From a plasmid: a DNA stretch of 64,000 nucleotides. Position 1 is the first letter of the stretch. The number at the start of each line of letters is the position of its first letter. The notes beneath the pieces are model-generated. The model saw only the letters and a list, made by a program, of their open reading frames with translations, was not told the DNA's origin and searched no databases. The stretch lies in sequence record NZ_CP106961.1; one strand, given 5' to 3'. Both the position numbers and the translations under genes were made by a program. Below are positions 37,841 through 49,266 of the stretch, piece after piece.

Positions 37841-39574
37841 TTAGTGCTTTCTTGCAAATATATACGCAGCATAAGGTGGGGCAATTTGCGTCGCTATAAA
37901 ATCTGAGCGAACGTGTTCATTGTTGACATTCTGATTATCAAGCATTAACTCGCCTAATTGCATGCGGTCGATATCAACGATGCTCTCTTGTGGACTTAAA
38001 TTGGTAATAATGGTCCATGTCATATCTTGTGCAACACGTTGATAAGCATAGATATTAGGGTCGTTAGGTAGCAGCAATTGATAGCGGCCAACCACTAAAC
38101 TTACATTTGACTTACGCAGAGCAATCAGCTGCTTATAGAAACTCAAAATCGAATTTGGATCTTTCTGTTGTTGCTCAACATTGATATCTGCGTACTGTTG
38201 ATTGACGGAGAACCAAGGTTGCACCTCAGAAAAACCGGCAAAATCCTGCGCATTCCATTGCATTGGCAAGCGACTGTGGTCGCGAGATACTTGATTTAAC
38301 AAGGCTAAGATGTCTGCATCGCTTTGACCTTGTTGAGATAGCTTTTGAATTAAATTTCTAGCAGACACATCATTAAATTCATCAAGAGAAGTAAACTGAT
38401 GATTTACCATACCAATCTCTTGGCCCTGATAAATAAACGGAGTTCCTTTCATCAAGAAATAACAACTCGCTAACGCGGTAGCACTGGCATACCTAGAGGT
38501 AGGGTCGGCAAAAGTATCAATGCTACGAGCTTGATCGTGGTTTTCTAAATAAAGCGCATTCCAGCCTTTACCTTCTAATGCATCTTGCCAACGCGATAAA
38601 ATGCGTTTGAACTCCACTAGATCTAAAGGCACGTTGCTTTGTTCTTCCGACCATAGCTTCATGTGTTCAAACTGAAAAATCATGTTGAAAACACCGCCTT
38701 GATCGTGCTCGGTCGCTTCGGCAACCCAAAGTAATGCATTGTCGGCAGTCACCCCATTAGCCTCACCAACTGTCACTATGTTAAAGGGATCAAACGCCTG
38801 CTCTTTTAACTCATGCAGATGTTTTTCAATCCCTGCCACATTCATATGATAATCAAACGAAGAGACATACTTTTCACCCTTTGGATTGGGTAAAGAAGGT
38901 AAACCTGGTTGTTTCTGAATATGGCTAATTGCATCCACACGGAAGCCATCAATACCACGCTCCAACCACCAATAAATCATTTTAAATAGTGCTTGTTTAA
39001 CTTCAGGATTTTCCCAATTCAGATCAGGTTGTTTTTTTGAAAATAGGTGCAAGTAGTACTGTGCAGTTTTTTTATCATATTCCCATGCGCTGCCATGAAA
39101 AATACTTTCCCAGTTGTTTGGGTCGCAAGTCGGTTTTTCAGCGGTAGGCTCACAACCATCACGCCAAATATACCAATCGCGCTTAGGGCTATTTTTGTTA
39201 TCTCGAGATTCAATGAACCATGGGTGCTCGTCGCTAGTGTGGTTGATCACTAAATCCATAATAATGCGAATGCCACGTTTATGAGCAGCACTGATTAGTT
39301 CATCCACATCCTCAAGGGTTCCAAAGTCAGGATGAATCGCTTGATAGTCACTAATATCGTACCCGTTATCATCATTAGGTGATGCATAGAATGGGCAAAT
39401 CCATATTAAATCAATGCCCAAATCAGCAAGATAATCGAGCTTAGCAATGATGCCATTGATGTCACCAATACCGTCCTGGTTTGTATCATAAAAACTACGG
39501 GGATAAATTTGGTAGGCGGTTGCTTTCTTCCACCACGCGAGTGGTTTTGAGTGCATATTAGGAGCGAGTGTCAT
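37841..39574 (-). CDS. GH13 alpha-glucosidase (oligo-1,6-glucosidase / phospho-trehalase-like)
   Basis: The product shows GH13 regions I-IV (DLVINHTSDEH, GFRVDAISHI, VGEANG, FLENHDQAR). Confidence 0.85.
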   Translation of the reverse strand: MTLAPNMHSKPLAWWKKATAYQIYPRSFYDTNQDGIGDINGIIAKLDYLADLGIDLIWICPFYASPNDDNGYDISDYQAIHPDFGTLEDVDELISAAHKRGIRIIMDLVINHTSDEHPWFIESRDNKNSPKRDWYIWRDGCEPTAEKPTCDPNNWESIFHGSAWEYDKKTAQYYLHLFSKKQPDLNWENPEVKQALFKMIYWWLERGIDGFRVDAISHIQKQPGLPSLPNPKGEKYVSSFDYHMNVAGIEKHLHELKEQAFDPFNIVTVGEANGVTADNALLWVAEATEHDQGGVFNMIFQFEHMKLWSEEQSNVPLDLVEFKRILSRWQDALEGKGWNALYLENHDQARSIDTFADPTSRYASATALASCYFLMKGTPFIYQGQEIGMVNHQFTSLDEFNDVSARNLIQKLSQQGQSDADILALLNQVSRDHSRLPMQWNAQDFAGFSEVQPWFSVNQQYADINVEQQQKDPNSILSFYKQLIALRKSNVSLVVGRYQLLLPNDPNIYAYQRVAQDMTWTIITNLSPQESIVDIDRMQLGELMLDNQNVNNEHVRSDFIATQIAPPYAAYIFARKH

Positions 39575-39642
39575 CGGTTATACTATATGTGTTATCGTTA
39601 ACATATATAGTTAAGTAGAACCGATTTGGACTCAACACAATT

Positions 39643-40608
39643 TCAGAGGAATTGTGAGCTTTCTCTCATCTTTATGTCGAATGTGCCTTCAACAGAACTG
39701 AAATCGCGCTTGAGCAATTTTTTGACAGCTTGGTAGCCCACTTGATAGTAGTTAAAAGCGACAGTCGTCAGGCTCGGGACTAACAAATCGCTGTAGTCAT
39801 AGTCACCCATGCCTACAATCCATACGTTATGACCGATCTTGAGTTGCTGTTCTTTGGCGCGACGATATAAACGAATGGCAATATTATCGGTGGCACAAAA
39901 GTAGACATGATTAGGCTGTAATTGAACGGCCTGATAGCCAGCTTTGTCCTCCGAGTTGGCTAGGGCTTGTAGTGATAAATTCAACTCAGGGACGGTGTCG
40001 GTAATAGTGGCTTGCATCAACTTAGTGCGGCTAGAAAGCATACGCTCATCATAAATATAATGTACGGCAGCCAGCGGTGCCTGCTGCTGTTTTAACTGAG
40101 TGATGGTGTGGGAGACGAGGGCTTTAATCGCTGCATGATCGGGGTAATATAAACAGCAATGGTGGGGGGTATTTTTGCCAATAAATACCACATTGTCTAA
40201 GGTTCGATAAAAAGTCTCTTCGACACTGTGCTTTGACGCAATAATAATCGTGCCCAATGCATTTAAGCCGTTAAACTCTCTCACAGCTTGGCATTCTGAC
40301 TCATGGTTAAACCCTGTGGCATGAAACAGCATTCGTACTTGTGATTCATTGGCAGCAGCCAGCGCCCCTTTAATCACTAAACTGGTCGTATATGACTCAA
40401 TACGAGGCGCGATGAAACCAATAATATTGGATTGGCTACGAATGGAGCGAGCAAATATATTAGGCGTGTAATGACTCTCTTTGACGATGGCATCAATTTT
40501 AAGGCGGTTCTCTTCCGAGACATAACCGCCATTAAAGTAACGCGACACAGTCATTGTTGAAATTCCAAGCTGCCTTGAAATCTCAGCCATGGTCATTTTT
40601 TTACTCAT
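39643..40608 (-). CDS. LacI-family transcriptional regulator
   Basis: The N-terminal helix-turn-helix MAEISRQLGISTMTVSRYFNG is followed by a periplasmic-binding-fold domain. Confidence 0.85.
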   Translation of the reverse strand: MSKKMTMAEISRQLGISTMTVSRYFNGGYVSEENRLKIDAIVKESHYTPNIFARSIRSQSNIIGFIAPRIESYTTSLVIKGALAAANESQVRMLFHATGFNHESECQAVREFNGLNALGTIIIASKHSVEETFYRTLDNVVFIGKNTPHHCCLYYPDHAAIKALVSHTITQLKQQQAPLAAVHYIYDERMLSSRTKLMQATITDTVPELNLSLQALANSEDKAGYQAVQLQPNHVYFCATDNIAIRLYRRAKEQQLKIGHNVWIVGMGDYDYSDLLVPSLTTVAFNYYQVGYQAVKKLLKRDFSSVEGTFDIKMRESSQFL

Positions 40609-40856
40609 TACCTATTTCCTTCAATAATGCACTATTGCCATATCTCCAAGTGACTTCAAGATACAGAATTCAGAGTTGAGTCACTTGGGCATAGTATCCA
40701 ATATATTGGCTAACAACACAGTAAATAAAACTGGGTGGACGTATGAGTGTTTAATTTTCACTCACAAGATTTAGACCTGAACTCAAGACCAAGGAGCGAG
40801 CGGTAATGCTGCCAACTTACTGATTTAGTGTATGATGGTGATTTTGAGGTGCTCCA

Positions 40857-41132
40857 GTGGCTTCCATTTCCATCAGATGTCCTTCCTGCTCCGCTACTGA
40901 AGGCGTGGTGCGTAACGGCAAAAGCACTGCCGGACATCAGCGCTATCTCTGCTCTCATTGCCGTAAAACATGGCAACTACAGTTCACTTACACCGCCTCT
41001 CAGCCCGGTACGCACCAGAAAATCATTGATATGGCCATGAATGGCGTCGGATGTCGCGCCAGTGCACGCATTATGGGCGTTGGCCTCAACACGGTTTTAC
41101 GTCACTTAAAAAACTCAGGCCGCAGTCGGTAA
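40857..41132 (+). CDS. insA: IS1 InsA
   Basis: The product is identical to the insA of the copy at 34515. Confidence 0.9.
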   Translation: MASISIRCPSCSATEGVVRNGKSTAGHQRYLCSHCRKTWQLQFTYTASQPGTHQKIIDMAMNGVGCRASARIMGVGLNTVLRHLKNSGRSR

Positions 41133-41554
41133 CCTCGCGCATACAACCGGGCAGTGATGTGATTGTCTGCGCTGAAATGGACGAACAGTGGGGCTACGTC
41201 GGTGCTAAATCACGTCAGCGCTGGCTGTTTTACGCGTATGACAGGATACGGAGGACGGTTGTGGCGCACGTCTTCGGTGAACGCACTCTGGCCACACTGG
41301 AGCGTCTTCTGAGCCTGCTGTCGGCCTTTGAGGTCGTGGTATGGATGACGGATGGCTGGCCGCTGTATGAATCACGCCTGAAGGGAAAGCTGCACGTTAT
41401 CAGCAAGCGTTACACTCAGCGCATTGAGCGACATAACCTGAATCTGAGACAACATCTGGCAAGGCTGGGACGGAAGTCACTGTCGTTCTCAAAATCGGTG
41501 GAGCTGCATGACAAGGTCATCGGGCATTATCTGAACATAAAACACTATCAGTAA
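41051..41554 (+). CDS. insB: IS1 InsB (expressed as InsAB' by -1 frameshift)
   Basis: The product ...[73 protein letters not shown] matches IS1 InsB. Confidence 0.9.
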   Translation: MSRQCTHYGRWPQHGFTSLKKLRPQSVTSRIQPGSDVIVCAEMDEQWGYVGAKSRQRWLFYAYDRIRRTVVAHVFGERTLATLERLLSLLSAFEVVVWMTDGWPLYESRLKGKLHVISKRYTQRIERHNLNLRQHLARLGRKSLSFSKSVELHDKVIGHYLNIKHYQ

Positions 41555-41569
41555 GTTGGAGTCATTACC

Positions 41570-42030
41570 AAAAACTCAGGCCGCAGTCGGTAACCTCGCG
41601 CATACAACCGGGCAGTGATGTGATTGTCTGCGCTGAAATGGACGAACAGTGGGGCTACGTCGGTGCTAAATCACGTCAGCGCTGGCTGTTTTACGCGTAT
41701 GACAGGATACGGAGGACGGTTGTGGCGCACGTCTTCGGTGAACGCACTCTGGCCACACTGGAGCGTCTTCTGAGCCTGCTGTCGGCCTTTGAGGTCGTGG
41801 TATGGATGACGGATGGCTGGCCGCTGTATGAATCACGCCTGAAGGGAAAGCTGCACGTTATCAGCAAGCGTTACACTCAGCGCATTGAGCGACATAACCT
41901 GAATCTGAGACAACATCTGGCAAGGCTGGGACGGAAGTCACTGTCGTTCTCAAAATCGGTGGAGCTGCATGACAAGGTCATCGGGCATTATCTGAACATA
42001 AAACACTATCAGTAAGTTGGAGTCATTACC
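41570..42030 (+). mobile_element. 5'-truncated IS1 copy (IS1 positions about 307-768) directly abutting the preceding complete IS1
   Basis: The sequence restarts at AAAAACTCAGGCCGCAGTCGG, which is an internal IS1 position. It runs to a right inverted repeat ending at 42030. The ORF-track entry 41620..42015 is an InsB C-terminal fragment. Confidence 0.85.
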
Positions 42031-42039
42031 TACGACATT

Positions 42040-42075
42040 CGGTAGAATACATTTACTGGAATTCGCCGTTAGCAT
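42040..42075 (-). pseudogene. 5' end (12 codons) of the M23-peptidase gene split by the IS1 composite element
   Basis: Removing the composite element and one copy of the 9-bp duplication joins 42040 to 34458 in frame: MLTANSSKCILP|DVVKENAYLSATR... Confidence 0.5.
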
Positions 42076-42340
42076 GAACACTGCGGCGTATGCTAGGGGT
42101 TTTCAGGAGGCGTGTCATCTGTCAGTTAATCGGGAGCACCGTTGATGGTCGTCATTTTTGTAACATATCTTGTTTCCCGTTTGCTCCTGAAGCTCTGGGA
42201 ACTGTATGACCAGCCCGACGGTGATGATTAACGGGACTGAAACAGGGTACGGCAGAGCAATATGGGGCTCATGTCCTGCTACGTAACCCGTCAGTAAAGC
42301 CCTGCTGCGCACCTGACGCTAAGCACTAACCCGCCTGCAG

Positions 42341-42790
42341 TTACCTGGTCGAATACAGCCCGCGAAGCTTTCTTGCCTGCGTCTGATGTGCTTCCGCACC
42401 GGCATTATTGACCTGCTCATGCACGAGAGCGGCTTTTTCTCCGGCATTCAGTTCGTTAAAAGAAGAAGACGAGGTCTTTGAATTTGCATCACTGCCGGAC
42501 AGCATTTTTTTATGTTCCTCAATCATTTTCTGATGCGCATAGGACGCGCTGTTGTTCATAAATGAATGAGCAACAATGGCCCTTTCATGTTCATTCATTT
42601 CAGAGAATGAGGGCGTGTTGTTTTTATTAACCCTGTCCGGTAAGTTTTCATGCGTCGAGGAGTTCACATGACTGACGGCTGAGGCATTATTAACAAATCG
42701 ATGTGCTTCATGGGCAATATCACTGGACTGAGCAAAAGCTGCCCCACAAAATAAAGCTGTAAACGCAGTGGTCGTGATTAATATATTCAT
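42341..42790 (-). CDS. SilE/PcoE-family periplasmic metal-binding protein (second copy, divergent from pcoA)
   Basis: The product has a signal peptide and repeated M..HE.A/VAH motifs (FSEMNEHERAIVAHSF..., FNELNAGEKAALVHEQ...). Confidence 0.7.
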   Translation of the reverse strand: MNILITTTAFTALFCGAAFAQSSDIAHEAHRFVNNASAVSHVNSSTHENLPDRVNKNNTPSFSEMNEHERAIVAHSFMNNSASYAHQKMIEEHKKMLSGSDANSKTSSSSFNELNAGEKAALVHEQVNNAGAEAHQTQARKLRGLYSTR

Positions 42791-42873
42791 GTGTAATTAC
42801 CTTCTGAGGTACATAAAAGATGTCCTTATGATCATATATAAAAATAATCAACCTGTGGGGAAGATGACGTAAA

Positions 42874-42897
42874 TGTAATACAGCTATGTACATTACA
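42874..42897. promoter_or_regulatory. Candidate pco-box / PcoR-binding palindrome upstream of pcoA
   Basis: TGTAATacagctatgtacATTACA has an inverted TGTAAT/ATTACA pair about 120 bp upstream of the pcoA start. Confidence 0.35.
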
Positions 42898-43018
42898 CGA
42901 TTGTAATGAATTTGTTTCTTAAGGTGTGCTAGATTCATTTCATTGTAAGTGGATGAACCAGTAATTTAATTTAAATCGGTTCTCGAATTCTGTCAGTAAC
43001 CATACTTTAAATAAGGGA

Positions 43019-44842
43019 ATGCGCATGCTGTTGAAAACGTCTCGACGAACTTTCCTGAAGGGGTTAACCCTCTCTGGCGTAGCCGGAAGTCTTGGCGTAT
43101 GGAGTTTCAATGCGCGTTCCAGTCTGAGCCTGCCAGTTGCCGCATCCCTGCAGGGTACTCAGTTTGACCTGACCATTGGTGAAACGGCCGTCAATATCAC
43201 GGGCAGTGAGCGTCAGGCCAAAACAATCAATGGAGGCCTGCCGGGGCCCGTTCTTCGCTGGAAAGAAGGTGACACCATTACCCTGAAGGTCAAAAACCGT
43301 CTTAATGAACAGACGTCCATTCACTGGCACGGCATTATTCTTCCGGCCAATATGGATGGTGTTCCGGGGCTGAGTTTTATGGGCATAGAGCCTGATGATA
43401 CCTACGTTTACACCTTTAAGGTTAAGCAGAACGGGACTTACTGGTACCACAGCCATTCCGGTCTGCAGGAACAGGAGGGGGTATACGGTGCCATTATCAT
43501 CGATGCCAGGGAGCCAGAACCGTTTGCTTACGATCGTGAGCATGTGGTCATGTTGTCTGACTGGACCGATGAAAATCCTCACAGCCTGCTGAAAAAATTA
43601 AAAAAACAGTCGGATTACTACAATTTCAATAAACCAACCGTTGGCTCTTTTTTCCGCGACGTGAATACCAGGGGGCTGTCAGCCACCATTGCCGATCGGA
43701 AAATGTGGGCTGAAATGAAAATGAATCCGACTGACCTCGCGGATGTCAGTGGCTACACCTACACCTATCTCATGAACGGGCAGGCCCCGCTGAAAAACTG
43801 GACCGGACTGTTCCGTCCCGGTGAAAAGATACGCTTACGGTTTATCAACGGCTCGGCAATGACCTATTTCGATATCCGTATCCCCGGGCTGAAAATGATG
43901 GTCGTGGCTGCAGATGGCCAGTATGTAAACCCGGTTACCGTTGACGAATTCAGGATTGCCGTTGCCGAAACCTATGATGTCATTGTGGAGCCTCAGGGTG
44001 AGGCCTATACCATCTTCGCACAATCCATGGACAGGACCGGTTACGCTCGAGGGACACTGGCCACGAGAGAGGGGTTAAGTGCTGCCGTTCCCCCCCTCGA
44101 TCCCCGTCCTCTGTTGACCATGGAAGATATGGGTATGGGGGGAATGGGACATGATATGGCAGGAATGGACCACAGCCAGATGGGAGGCATGGATAACAGC
44201 GGAGAGATGATGTCTATGGACGGTGCTGACCTTCCGGATAGCGGGACATCCTCCGCGCCCATGGATCACAGCAGCATGGCCGGTATGGATCATTCCCGGA
44301 TGGCCGGAATGCCGGGTATGCAAAGTCATCCTGCGTCAGAAACGGATAACCCACTGGTTGATATGCAGGCGATGAGCGTCTCTCCGAAATTAAATGATCC
44401 GGGTATTGGTCTTCGAAATAACGGAAGAAAGGTTCTCACGTACGCGGATTTGAAAAGCCGCTTTGAGGATCCTGACGGACGTGAACCTGGCCGTACCATA
44501 GAACTGCATTTAACCGGCCACATGGAAAAGTTTGCCTGGTCATTTAACGGAATCAAGTTTTCAGATGCCGCACCGGTGCTGCTGAAATACGGTGAGCGGC
44601 TCAGGATCACGCTGATCAACGATACCATGATGACTCACCCCATTCACCTGCATGGTATGTGGAGCGATCTGGAAGATGAAAACGGTAATTTCATGGTTCG
44701 TAAACACACAATAGATGTTCCCCCTGGTACAAAACGCAGTTACAGAGTGACAGCAGATGCGCTTGGCCGCTGGGCGTATCACTGCCATTTGCTCTATCAC
44801 ATGGAAATGGGAATGTTTCGTGAAGTCCGGGTGGAGGAATGA
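43019..44842 (+). CDS. pcoA: Multicopper oxidase PcoA (Tat-secreted)
   Basis: The twin-arginine signal SRRTFLKG, cupredoxin His motifs (HWHG, HSH, HCHLLYH) and a Met/His-rich insert are all present. Confidence 0.95.
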   Translation: MRMLLKTSRRTFLKGLTLSGVAGSLGVWSFNARSSLSLPVAASLQGTQFDLTIGETAVNITGSERQAKTINGGLPGPVLRWKEGDTITLKVKNRLNEQTSIHWHGIILPANMDGVPGLSFMGIEPDDTYVYTFKVKQNGTYWYHSHSGLQEQEGVYGAIIIDAREPEPFAYDREHVVMLSDWTDENPHSLLKKLKKQSDYYNFNKPTVGSFFRDVNTRGLSATIADRKMWAEMKMNPTDLADVSGYTYTYLMNGQAPLKNWTGLFRPGEKIRLRFINGSAMTYFDIRIPGLKMMVVAADGQYVNPVTVDEFRIAVAETYDVIVEPQGEAYTIFAQSMDRTGYARGTLATREGLSAAVPPLDPRPLLTMEDMGMGGMGHDMAGMDHSQMGGMDNSGEMMSMDGADLPDSGTSSAPMDHSSMAGMDHSRMAGMPGMQSHPASETDNPLVDMQAMSVSPKLNDPGIGLRNNGRKVLTYADLKSRFEDPDGREPGRTIELHLTGHMEKFAWSFNGIKFSDAAPVLLKYGERLRITLINDTMMTHPIHLHGMWSDLEDENGNFMVRKHTIDVPPGTKRSYRVTADALGRWAYHCHLLYHMEMGMFREVRVEE

Positions 44843-45738
44843 TGCGAATGAAGAGAAATTTGAAGGCCATACCTGTTCTGGTCGCCGGTTTGTTTACCTC
44901 ACAGCTTTCTATTGCGGCGGGCTCCGTCTCTGCAGATCCCCACGCCGGGCACGACATGTCTGCCATGCAGATGCCAGCAGATGAGAATTTCACTGAGATG
45001 ACGTCAATGGAGCCCATTGTAACTGAGAGCAGAACGCCAATTCCGCCTGTTACCGATGCCGACCGGAAGGCTGCATTCGGCAATTTACAGGGGCATGCGA
45101 TTCACGACAGTGCGATTAATTATCTGGTTCTGCTGGATCAACTGGAATGGCAACGGTCGGATAACACCAACAATTTCAGCTGGAGTGTTAACAGCTGGAT
45201 TGGAGGCGACACAGATCGGATTTGGCTAAAGAGTGAAGGTGAACGAAGCAATGGGGAAACGGAGGCGGCTGAAGCGCAGTTACTCTGGGGACATGCGGTT
45301 GGCCCATGGTGGGATTTGGTTGCGGGTGTCAGGCAGGATTTCAGACCTGCTTCTGCCCGGACCTGGGCTGCTGTCGGTTTTCAGGGGCTGGCACTCTATA
45401 ATTTTGAGTCTGAAATTACGGGTTTTGTCAGTAATGGCGGAAAAGCAGCCCTTCGTCTGGGAGGAGAATACGACGTTTTACTGACTAACCGGCTCATACT
45501 CCAGCCATCCTATGAGGTGAATTTCTACAGTCAGGATGATGAATCGCGGGGTCGCGGCAGGGGACTGACTGACACAGAGCTGGGGCTCCGGCTGCGCTAT
45601 GAAATACGCCGTGAGTTTGCACCCTATATAGGCGTTTCCTGGAATCAACTTTACGGGAAAACATCCGATATGGCGAAAAGAGAAGGTGAGAAAGACCATC
45701 AGGTAGTATTCCTGGCGGGAGCCAGAATCTGGTTTTAA
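44839..45738 (+). CDS. pcoB: Outer-membrane copper-resistance protein PcoB
   Basis: The product has a signal peptide and a CopB-family C-terminal beta-barrel ending W-F. The gene overlaps the pcoA stop. Confidence 0.9.
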   Translation: MMRMKRNLKAIPVLVAGLFTSQLSIAAGSVSADPHAGHDMSAMQMPADENFTEMTSMEPIVTESRTPIPPVTDADRKAAFGNLQGHAIHDSAINYLVLLDQLEWQRSDNTNNFSWSVNSWIGGDTDRIWLKSEGERSNGETEAAEAQLLWGHAVGPWWDLVAGVRQDFRPASARTWAAVGFQGLALYNFESEITGFVSNGGKAALRLGGEYDVLLTNRLILQPSYEVNFYSQDDESRGRGRGLTDTELGLRLRYEIRREFAPYIGVSWNQLYGKTSDMAKREGEKDHQVVFLAGARIWF

Positions 45739-45777
45739 CGCACTGATATAAAACACTCAACTAAACAGGTAAATAAA

Positions 45778-46158
45778 ATGTCGATTTTAAATAAAGCCAT
45801 TCTTACAGGTGGCCTCGTTATGGGCGTTGCTTTCTCTGCTATGGCCCATCCGGAATTAAAAAGCTCTGTGCCACAGGCTGATTCAGCCGTAGCGGCCCCG
45901 GAAAAGATTCAGCTTAATTTCTCGGAAAATCTGACCGTGAAATTCTCAGGTGCAAAATTAACGATGACGGGTATGAAAGGCATGTCATCACATTCTCCGA
46001 TGCCGGTCGCGGCAAAAGTGGCGCCAGGCGCTGACCCTAAATCGATGGTCATTATTCCGCGAGAGCCTTTACCCGCTGGCACTTATCGTGTTGACTGGCG
46101 CGCGGTTTCTTCAGATACGCACCCTATTACCGGTAATTACACCTTTACAGTGAAGTAA
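45778..46158 (+). CDS. pcoC: Periplasmic copper-binding protein PcoC
   Basis: The 126-aa product has a signal peptide and a Met-rich loop ([13 protein letters not shown]). Confidence 0.9.
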
Positions 46159-46162
46159 TATT

Positions 46163-47092
46163 ATGAACGACCTGATTATGATTGTTATTCGTTTTCTTCT
46201 TTATCTGGATTTGATGGTAATATTTGGATTGCCATTTTTTCAGATATATGGAATAAGCGGTGTCAGACATGAAACCTATAACCTGACTAATTTCAGGTCG
46301 TTTATAACCTTTGCTGTTGTTACAGGCATCATTCTTACTGGCATTAATATGCTCCTGGTATCTAATGCCATGAGTGGAGTAACTGACCTCAGAGAATTAT
46401 CCATCCATGTTATCGAGATGGTGATAGAAGAAACTGATGTGGGTATTAGCTGGATTGTCAGGCTCTGTGCCCTGTTTACCACACTCGGTGCTTTGTTCCT
46501 TTACACTAATAAGAGAGTATTGTCCTGCCTGCTGATGACGATGAGTGGGGGCGTGGCGCTGGCTACACTTGCCTGGGGAGGACACGCCGTTATGCATGAC
46601 GGTCTGCATTACTATCTCCATTTACTGAGCGATCTGACCCATCTCGGCGCTGCAGGTGCCTGGACAGGTGCTCTGGTTGCATTTGCTATCCTGCTGATGC
46701 GCAGAAACGAGCATAATGCACAGAGCGTCATTGTGATATCTGACTCCCTGGCAAAATTTGCCACGGCAGGAACGGTGATTGTTGTAGCCCTGATCCTGAG
46801 TGCGCTGGTCAACTATCTGTATATTGCTGAGGGTAACTTAACTCCCTTATTCAACAGTTCCTGGGGGAGGATATTGCTTGCCAAGACGGCTCTGTTTGTT
46901 CTGATGCTTCTTCTGGCTGCAGCAAACCGGTTTCACCTGGGTCCCCGGCTTGAAGTTATGGTCAGGGAAGGGAATTATGATCGCAGCGTTGCCCTGATGC
47001 GAAACAGCATCCTGACAGAATTCGTTGTTGCGATTATCATTCTGGGCGCCGTAGCGTGGCTCGGAATGCTTGCTCCGTCTCAGGTCAGCTAG
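46163..47092 (+). CDS. pcoD: Inner-membrane copper transporter PcoD
   Basis: The 309-aa product has 8 transmembrane segments and belongs to the CopD family. Confidence 0.9.
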
Positions 47093-47140
47093 GGGACAGC
47101 CAAAGCTCATGCGTGAGATTTTTACTTTCATATCAGCGAG

Positions 47141-47827
47141 TTGACCATGCAGCGTATTTTAATCGTTGAAGACGAACAAAAAACAGGTCGTTACCTGCAG
47201 CAGGGACTGGTTGAGGAAGGCTATCAGGCCGATCTCTTTAATAATGGCCGCGATGGTCTCGGGGCCGCGTCGAAGGGACAGTATGATTTGATAATACTGG
47301 ACGTGATGCTGCCTTTCCTCGACGGGTGGCAAATCATCAGCGCACTGAGGGAGTCCGGGCACGAAGAACCGGTCCTGTTTTTAACCGCAAAGGACAACGT
47401 GCGGGACAAAGTGAAAGGACTGGAGCTTGGCGCAGATGACTACCTGATTAAGCCCTTTGATTTTACGGAGCTGGTTGCACGTGTAAGAACCCTGCTGCGC
47501 CGGGCACGCTCGCAGGCCGCAACAGTCTGCACCATCGCCGATATGACCGTTGATATGGTGCGCCGGACCGTGATCCGTTCGGGGAAGAAGATCCATCTCA
47601 CCGGTAAAGAATACGTTCTGCTTGAGTTGCTGCTGCAACGCACCGGAGAAGTGTTACCCAGGAGTCTTATCTCGTCCCTGGTCTGGAACATGAATTTTGA
47701 CAGTGATACGAATGTGATTGATGTCGCCGTGAGACGTCTGAGAAGTAAAATTGATGATGACTTTGAGCCAAAACTGATCCATACCGTTCGCGGTGCCGGA
47801 TATGTCCTGGAGATCAGAGAAGAGTGA
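47141..47827 (+). CDS. pcoR: Response regulator PcoR
   Basis: The product is an OmpR-family regulator with receiver and winged-helix domains. Confidence 0.92.
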   Translation: MTMQRILIVEDEQKTGRYLQQGLVEEGYQADLFNNGRDGLGAASKGQYDLIILDVMLPFLDGWQIISALRESGHEEPVLFLTAKDNVRDKVKGLELGADDYLIKPFDFTELVARVRTLLRRARSQAATVCTIADMTVDMVRRTVIRSGKKIHLTGKEYVLLELLLQRTGEVLPRSLISSLVWNMNFDSDTNVIDVAVRRLRSKIDDDFEPKLIHTVRGAGYVLEIREE

Positions 47828-49224
47828 GGTTCAAAATTTCCCTGACCACACGCCTGAGCCTGATTTTTTCTGCGGTGATGCTTACGGTATGGTGGTTATC
47901 AAGTTTTATCCTGATTAGCACCCTTAATGGCTATTTCGATAATCAGGACCGCGATTTTCTGACAGGTAAACTTCAGCTCACCGAAGAGTTTCTTAAAACA
48001 GAGACGTTCCGGAACAAAACGGATATTAAGTCATTATCAGAAAAAATAAACGATGCGATGGTAGGGCACAATGGTTTATTCATTTCTATAAAAAACATGG
48101 AAAATGAAAAAATTGTTGAACTCTATGCCAAAAATTCTGTTGTTCCAGCGGTCCTGCTTAATAAGTCGGGTGATATTCTCGACTATATGATCCAGACGGA
48201 AGAAAATAACACCGTGTACCGCAGTATCTCGCGGCGGGTTGCCATGACGCCGGAACAGGGTAAAAGCAAACATGTCATCATTACGGTTGCCACGGATACT
48301 GGGTATCACACCCTGTTTATGGACAAACTCAGTACCTGGCTGTTCTGGTTCAATATCGGTCTGGTCTTTATTTCTGTTTTTCTGGGCTGGCTGACCACAC
48401 GTATTGGTCTGAAACCGTTACGGGAAATGACCAGTCTGGCTTCCTCCATGACTGTACACAGCCTGGATCAGCGTCTAAATCCCGATCTGGCTCCGCCGGA
48501 AATCTCTGAGACCATGCAGGAGTTCAATAATATGTTTGATCGCCTGGAGGGGGCATTCCGGAAACTGTCAGATTTCTCGTCTGACATCGCGCATGAGCTG
48601 CGCACACCAGTCAGTAATCTGATGATGCAGACGCAGTTTGCACTGGCTAAGGAAAGGGATGTTTCGCAATACCGCGAAATTTTATTCGCTAACCTGGAAG
48701 AACTGAAAAGGTTGTCACGAATGACCAGTGACATGCTTTTTCTGGCACGTTCAGAGCATGGTCTGCTGCGGCTGGATAAACATGATGTGGATCTGGCAGC
48801 CGAACTGAATGAATTACGTGAGTTGTTCGAGCCCCTGGCAGACGAAACAGGAAAGACAATCACGGTTGAAGGAGAGGGCGTTGTTGCCGGAGACAGCGAT
48901 ATGCTCCGACGTGCTTTCAGTAACCTGCTTTCCAATGCAATCAAGTATTCTCCCGATAACACCTGTACAGCGATACACCTTGAGCGTGACAGTGACTGTG
49001 TGAACGTGATGATTACGAATACGATGTCCGGCCAGGTTCCCGCTAATCTGGAACGTTTGTTTGACCGGTTCTATCGCGCAGACTCATCAAGGTTCTACAA
49101 CACGGAAGGCGCGGGGCTGGGATTATCAATTACAAGGTCGATCATTCATGCTCACGGCGGCGAGCTGTCAGCAGAACAGCAGGGGCGGGAAATTGTGTTC
49201 AGTGTGCGTCTGTTAATGGATTAA
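47824..49224 (+). CDS. pcoS: Sensor kinase PcoS
   Basis: The product has two transmembrane segments, the H-box [10 protein letters not shown] and an ATP-binding domain. The gene overlaps pcoR by 4 nt. Confidence 0.92.
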   Translation: MRFKISLTTRLSLIFSAVMLTVWWLSSFILISTLNGYFDNQDRDFLTGKLQLTEEFLKTETFRNKTDIKSLSEKINDAMVGHNGLFISIKNMENEKIVELYAKNSVVPAVLLNKSGDILDYMIQTEENNTVYRSISRRVAMTPEQGKSKHVIITVATDTGYHTLFMDKLSTWLFWFNIGLVFISVFLGWLTTRIGLKPLREMTSLASSMTVHSLDQRLNPDLAPPEISETMQEFNNMFDRLEGAFRKLSDFSSDIAHELRTPVSNLMMQTQFALAKERDVSQYREILFANLEELKRLSRMTSDMLFLARSEHGLLRLDKHDVDLAAELNELRELFEPLADETGKTITVEGEGVVAGDSDMLRRAFSNLLSNAIKYSPDNTCTAIHLERDSDCVNVMITNTMSGQVPANLERLFDRFYRADSSRFYNTEGAGLGLSITRSIIHAHGGELSAEQQGREIVFSVRLLMD

Positions 49225-49252
49225 TACCGTTATTCAGGAGAAACCCGGAAGG

Positions 49253-49266
49253 TGACAAAAATGTCA
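49253..49266. promoter_or_regulatory. Copper box (PcoR/CusR-type) of the pcoE promoter
   Basis: TGACAAAAATGTCA is a perfect TGACA-N4-TGTCA palindrome immediately after the pcoS stop, in the position expected for PpcoE. Confidence 0.6.

Larger units (their letters stand above)
40802..41569 (+). mobile_element. IS1, complete 768-bp copy
   Basis: Both inverted repeats are present, with intact insA (40857-41132) and insB (41051-41554) in the usual frameshift arrangement. Confidence 0.95.

Noticed and set aside
41620-42015. 131-aa ORF annotated as if it were an independent gene
   Set aside because: It is simply the InsB C-terminal portion of the 5'-truncated third IS1 copy.
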